NCBI GenBank assembly: GCA_963727485.1 | Contig: CAVSGM010000005.1 | Span: 64,001-128,000, forward strand | Length of the DNA stretch: 64,000 nt | Direction: 5' to 3' | Source of the DNA: an uncultured delta proteobacterium | Lineage (GTDB): Bacteria; Myxococcota; Myxococcia; SLRQ01 | Part shown: positions 62,643 through 64,000 of the stretch, in pieces | Position numbering within the stretch: the first letter of the stretch is position 1 | Layout: each line of letters starts with the position of its first letter | Notes under the pieces: model-generated | What the model was told of the DNA's origin: nothing | Database searches by the model: none | The model's input: only the letters and a program-made list of their open reading frames with translations | Program-made: the position numbers and the translations under genes

Positions 62643-63809
62643 ATGCGCACTACTCGTCTTCACGGCCTGGGCTTCGCCCTGCTCTTGAGCCTCTCCCTGG
62701 TGTCCTCGGGCTGCTTCGCCGGCGCCGGCGACGGCGGCGGCGGCACCGACGGCGGCACCAATGGCAGCACCGACGGTGGCACCACGAGCGGCGCCTGCCA
62801 GGGCGTCGTCTGCAACACCAACCAGGTGTGTGACCCCAACAGTGGCAACTGCGTCGAGTGCCTGGCGGACAGCGACTGCCCCACCGGCGGCACCTGCAAC
62901 ACCTCCACCCACACCTGCAGCAACGGCGGTGGCGGTGGCGGTGGCGGCGCCAAGGGCCCGGCCTGCACCAGCAACCAGTCCTGCGCCCAGGGCCAGGTCT
63001 GCGACAACGGCACCTGCCAGCCCGGCGCCTACGGTGACTGCAGCAAGCTCGCCTGCGCCGCCGGCATGGACTGCGTGAACGCCGGAGCGAATGGCCAGAA
63101 TGCCCAGGAGTGCCTCACGCCCTGCACCGCCACCAGCGACTGCCCGGACACCGCCTACGTCTGCGACACCGGCAGCGGTGACGTGGCTGTCGGGCACTGC
63201 ATCCAGAACCTCTGCAGCCCCAACATCCAGGCCGCGGGCGTCTTCGGTGACCTCCACGCGGTCCCGGCCCAGTTCGGCGCGGCGTGTGACGCCGCCGGCA
63301 CCGGCGACGGCACCTGCTGGGGTCCTCTCCAGGCTCAGGCCCAGCAGAGCGGCACCCTGAAGATCGGCCTCTGCTTCGCCAACGGCCAGGTGGCGCCGGG
63401 CGGCACCTGCGACGCCGCCGCCTCCTACTCGAACCTGGCCCAGGCCTGCAACGGCGGCCTCTGCCTGCCCACCAGCCAGACCGGGACCCAGGGCACGTGC
63501 GCCGCCCTCTGCGCCGTCGCCGACGGCCAGAACTGCGCCGCGGTCAACGGCAACCCCACCGCTTGCCTGGAGTTCCAGGGGCTCGCCGGCGTCTGCTTCC
63601 CCCAGGACGCCAGCCCGGCGGCCACCGGGGCGAGCTGCACCGCCTTCAGCCAGTCCCACCAGTCGCTCTCCTGCGTCGAGGACGACACCTGCCAGAGCGG
63701 CAGCTGCATGCAGTGGTGCGACCAGACGGCCACCACCAGCACCTGCCCCTCGGGCAAGACCTGCACCGCGGTCCAGCAGGGCGACATCCTCACCGGCACC
63801 TGCCAGTAG
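62643..63809 (+). CDS. Cys-rich secreted lipoprotein
   Basis: Lipobox SSGC; CVECLADSDC; many C..DC and G..C modules typical of myxobacterial lipoproteins. Confidence 0.85.
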   Translation: MRTTRLHGLGFALLLSLSLVSSGCFAGAGDGGGGTDGGTNGSTDGGTTSGACQGVVCNTNQVCDPNSGNCVECLADSDCPTGGTCNTSTHTCSNGGGGGGGGAKGPACTSNQSCAQGQVCDNGTCQPGAYGDCSKLACAAGMDCVNAGANGQNAQECLTPCTATSDCPDTAYVCDTGSGDVAVGHCIQNLCSPNIQAAGVFGDLHAVPAQFGAACDAAGTGDGTCWGPLQAQAQQSGTLKIGLCFANGQVAPGGTCDAAASYSNLAQACNGGLCLPTSQTGTQGTCAALCAVADGQNCAAVNGNPTACLEFQGLAGVCFPQDASPAATGASCTAFSQSHQSLSCVEDDTCQSGSCMQWCDQTATTSTCPSGKTCTAVQQGDILTGTCQ

Positions 63810-63916
63810 GCAGCCCGGTGTAGGTCGATGTGCGGCGGGGCGCTCGCGACGCGGGCGCCCCGCTGTCATTTTCCGATTCACCGCGGCCCGTGAAATCGCG
63901 GTCCAGGTGAATGCCG

Positions 63917-63946
63917 TTGACACGTGCCGCGCGGTCCCGCTAGGGT
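63917..63946 (+). promoter_or_regulatory. sigma70-like promoter for a gene starting at 63971
   Basis: TTGACA-N18-TAGGGT. Confidence 0.5.
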
Positions 63947-63970
63947 CGCGCGCTCGGAGGGTTGAGCGGA

Positions 63971-64000
63971 ATGGCGGAGCCGAGCGGCGTCATCGGGCAG
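63971..64000 (+). CDS. 5' fragment of a gene running off the window (MAEPSGVIGQ...)
   Basis: GGAGG upstream and a promoter-like sequence; too short to identify. Confidence 0.4.
   Translation, partial: MAEPSGVIGQ

Overview
Very GC-rich bacterial chromosome segment, most likely Myxococcota (MYXO-CTERM-like tails, DUF2378-like and DUF4388-like domains, Cys-rich repeat lipoproteins). In order: a small type III secretion operon (needle-like, sctI-like, sctJ, orphan) with sigma54-like promoters; two pseudo-receiver/degenerate GGDEF genes; an acyl-CoA dehydrogenase; two fibre-like lipoprotein paralogues flanking cutA; class II RNR nrdJ; a pspA-orphan-nfeD-flotillin operon ending in a degenerate beta-carbonic-anhydrase-like gene; an ABC1/UbiB kinase; a lower-GC islet of four exported proteins including an 8-Cys micropeptide; a signalling cluster (hybrid kinase-GGDEF, sensor kinase, FecR-like); a ~10 kb surface cluster with a very large putative outer-membrane barrel between two MYXO-CTERM proteins; holB-holA; repeat lipoproteins; metG-HEAT-tatD; gloB; an MshEN/HD-GYP protein; a YhaM-like nuclease; gap-pgk-tpiA-secG-tRNA-Leu; lepB; plsC; and further envelope genes. 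About a dozen apparent frameshifts (one in tpiA) are probably long-read errors, and three sit exactly on GATC. All family calls come from motifs recognised by eye, not database searches. Best candidates for an undescribed system: the giant-barrel/DUF11/MYXO-CTERM cluster (26.9-37.2 kb) and the PspA-flotillin-pseudo-CA operon (10.6-15.7 kb).
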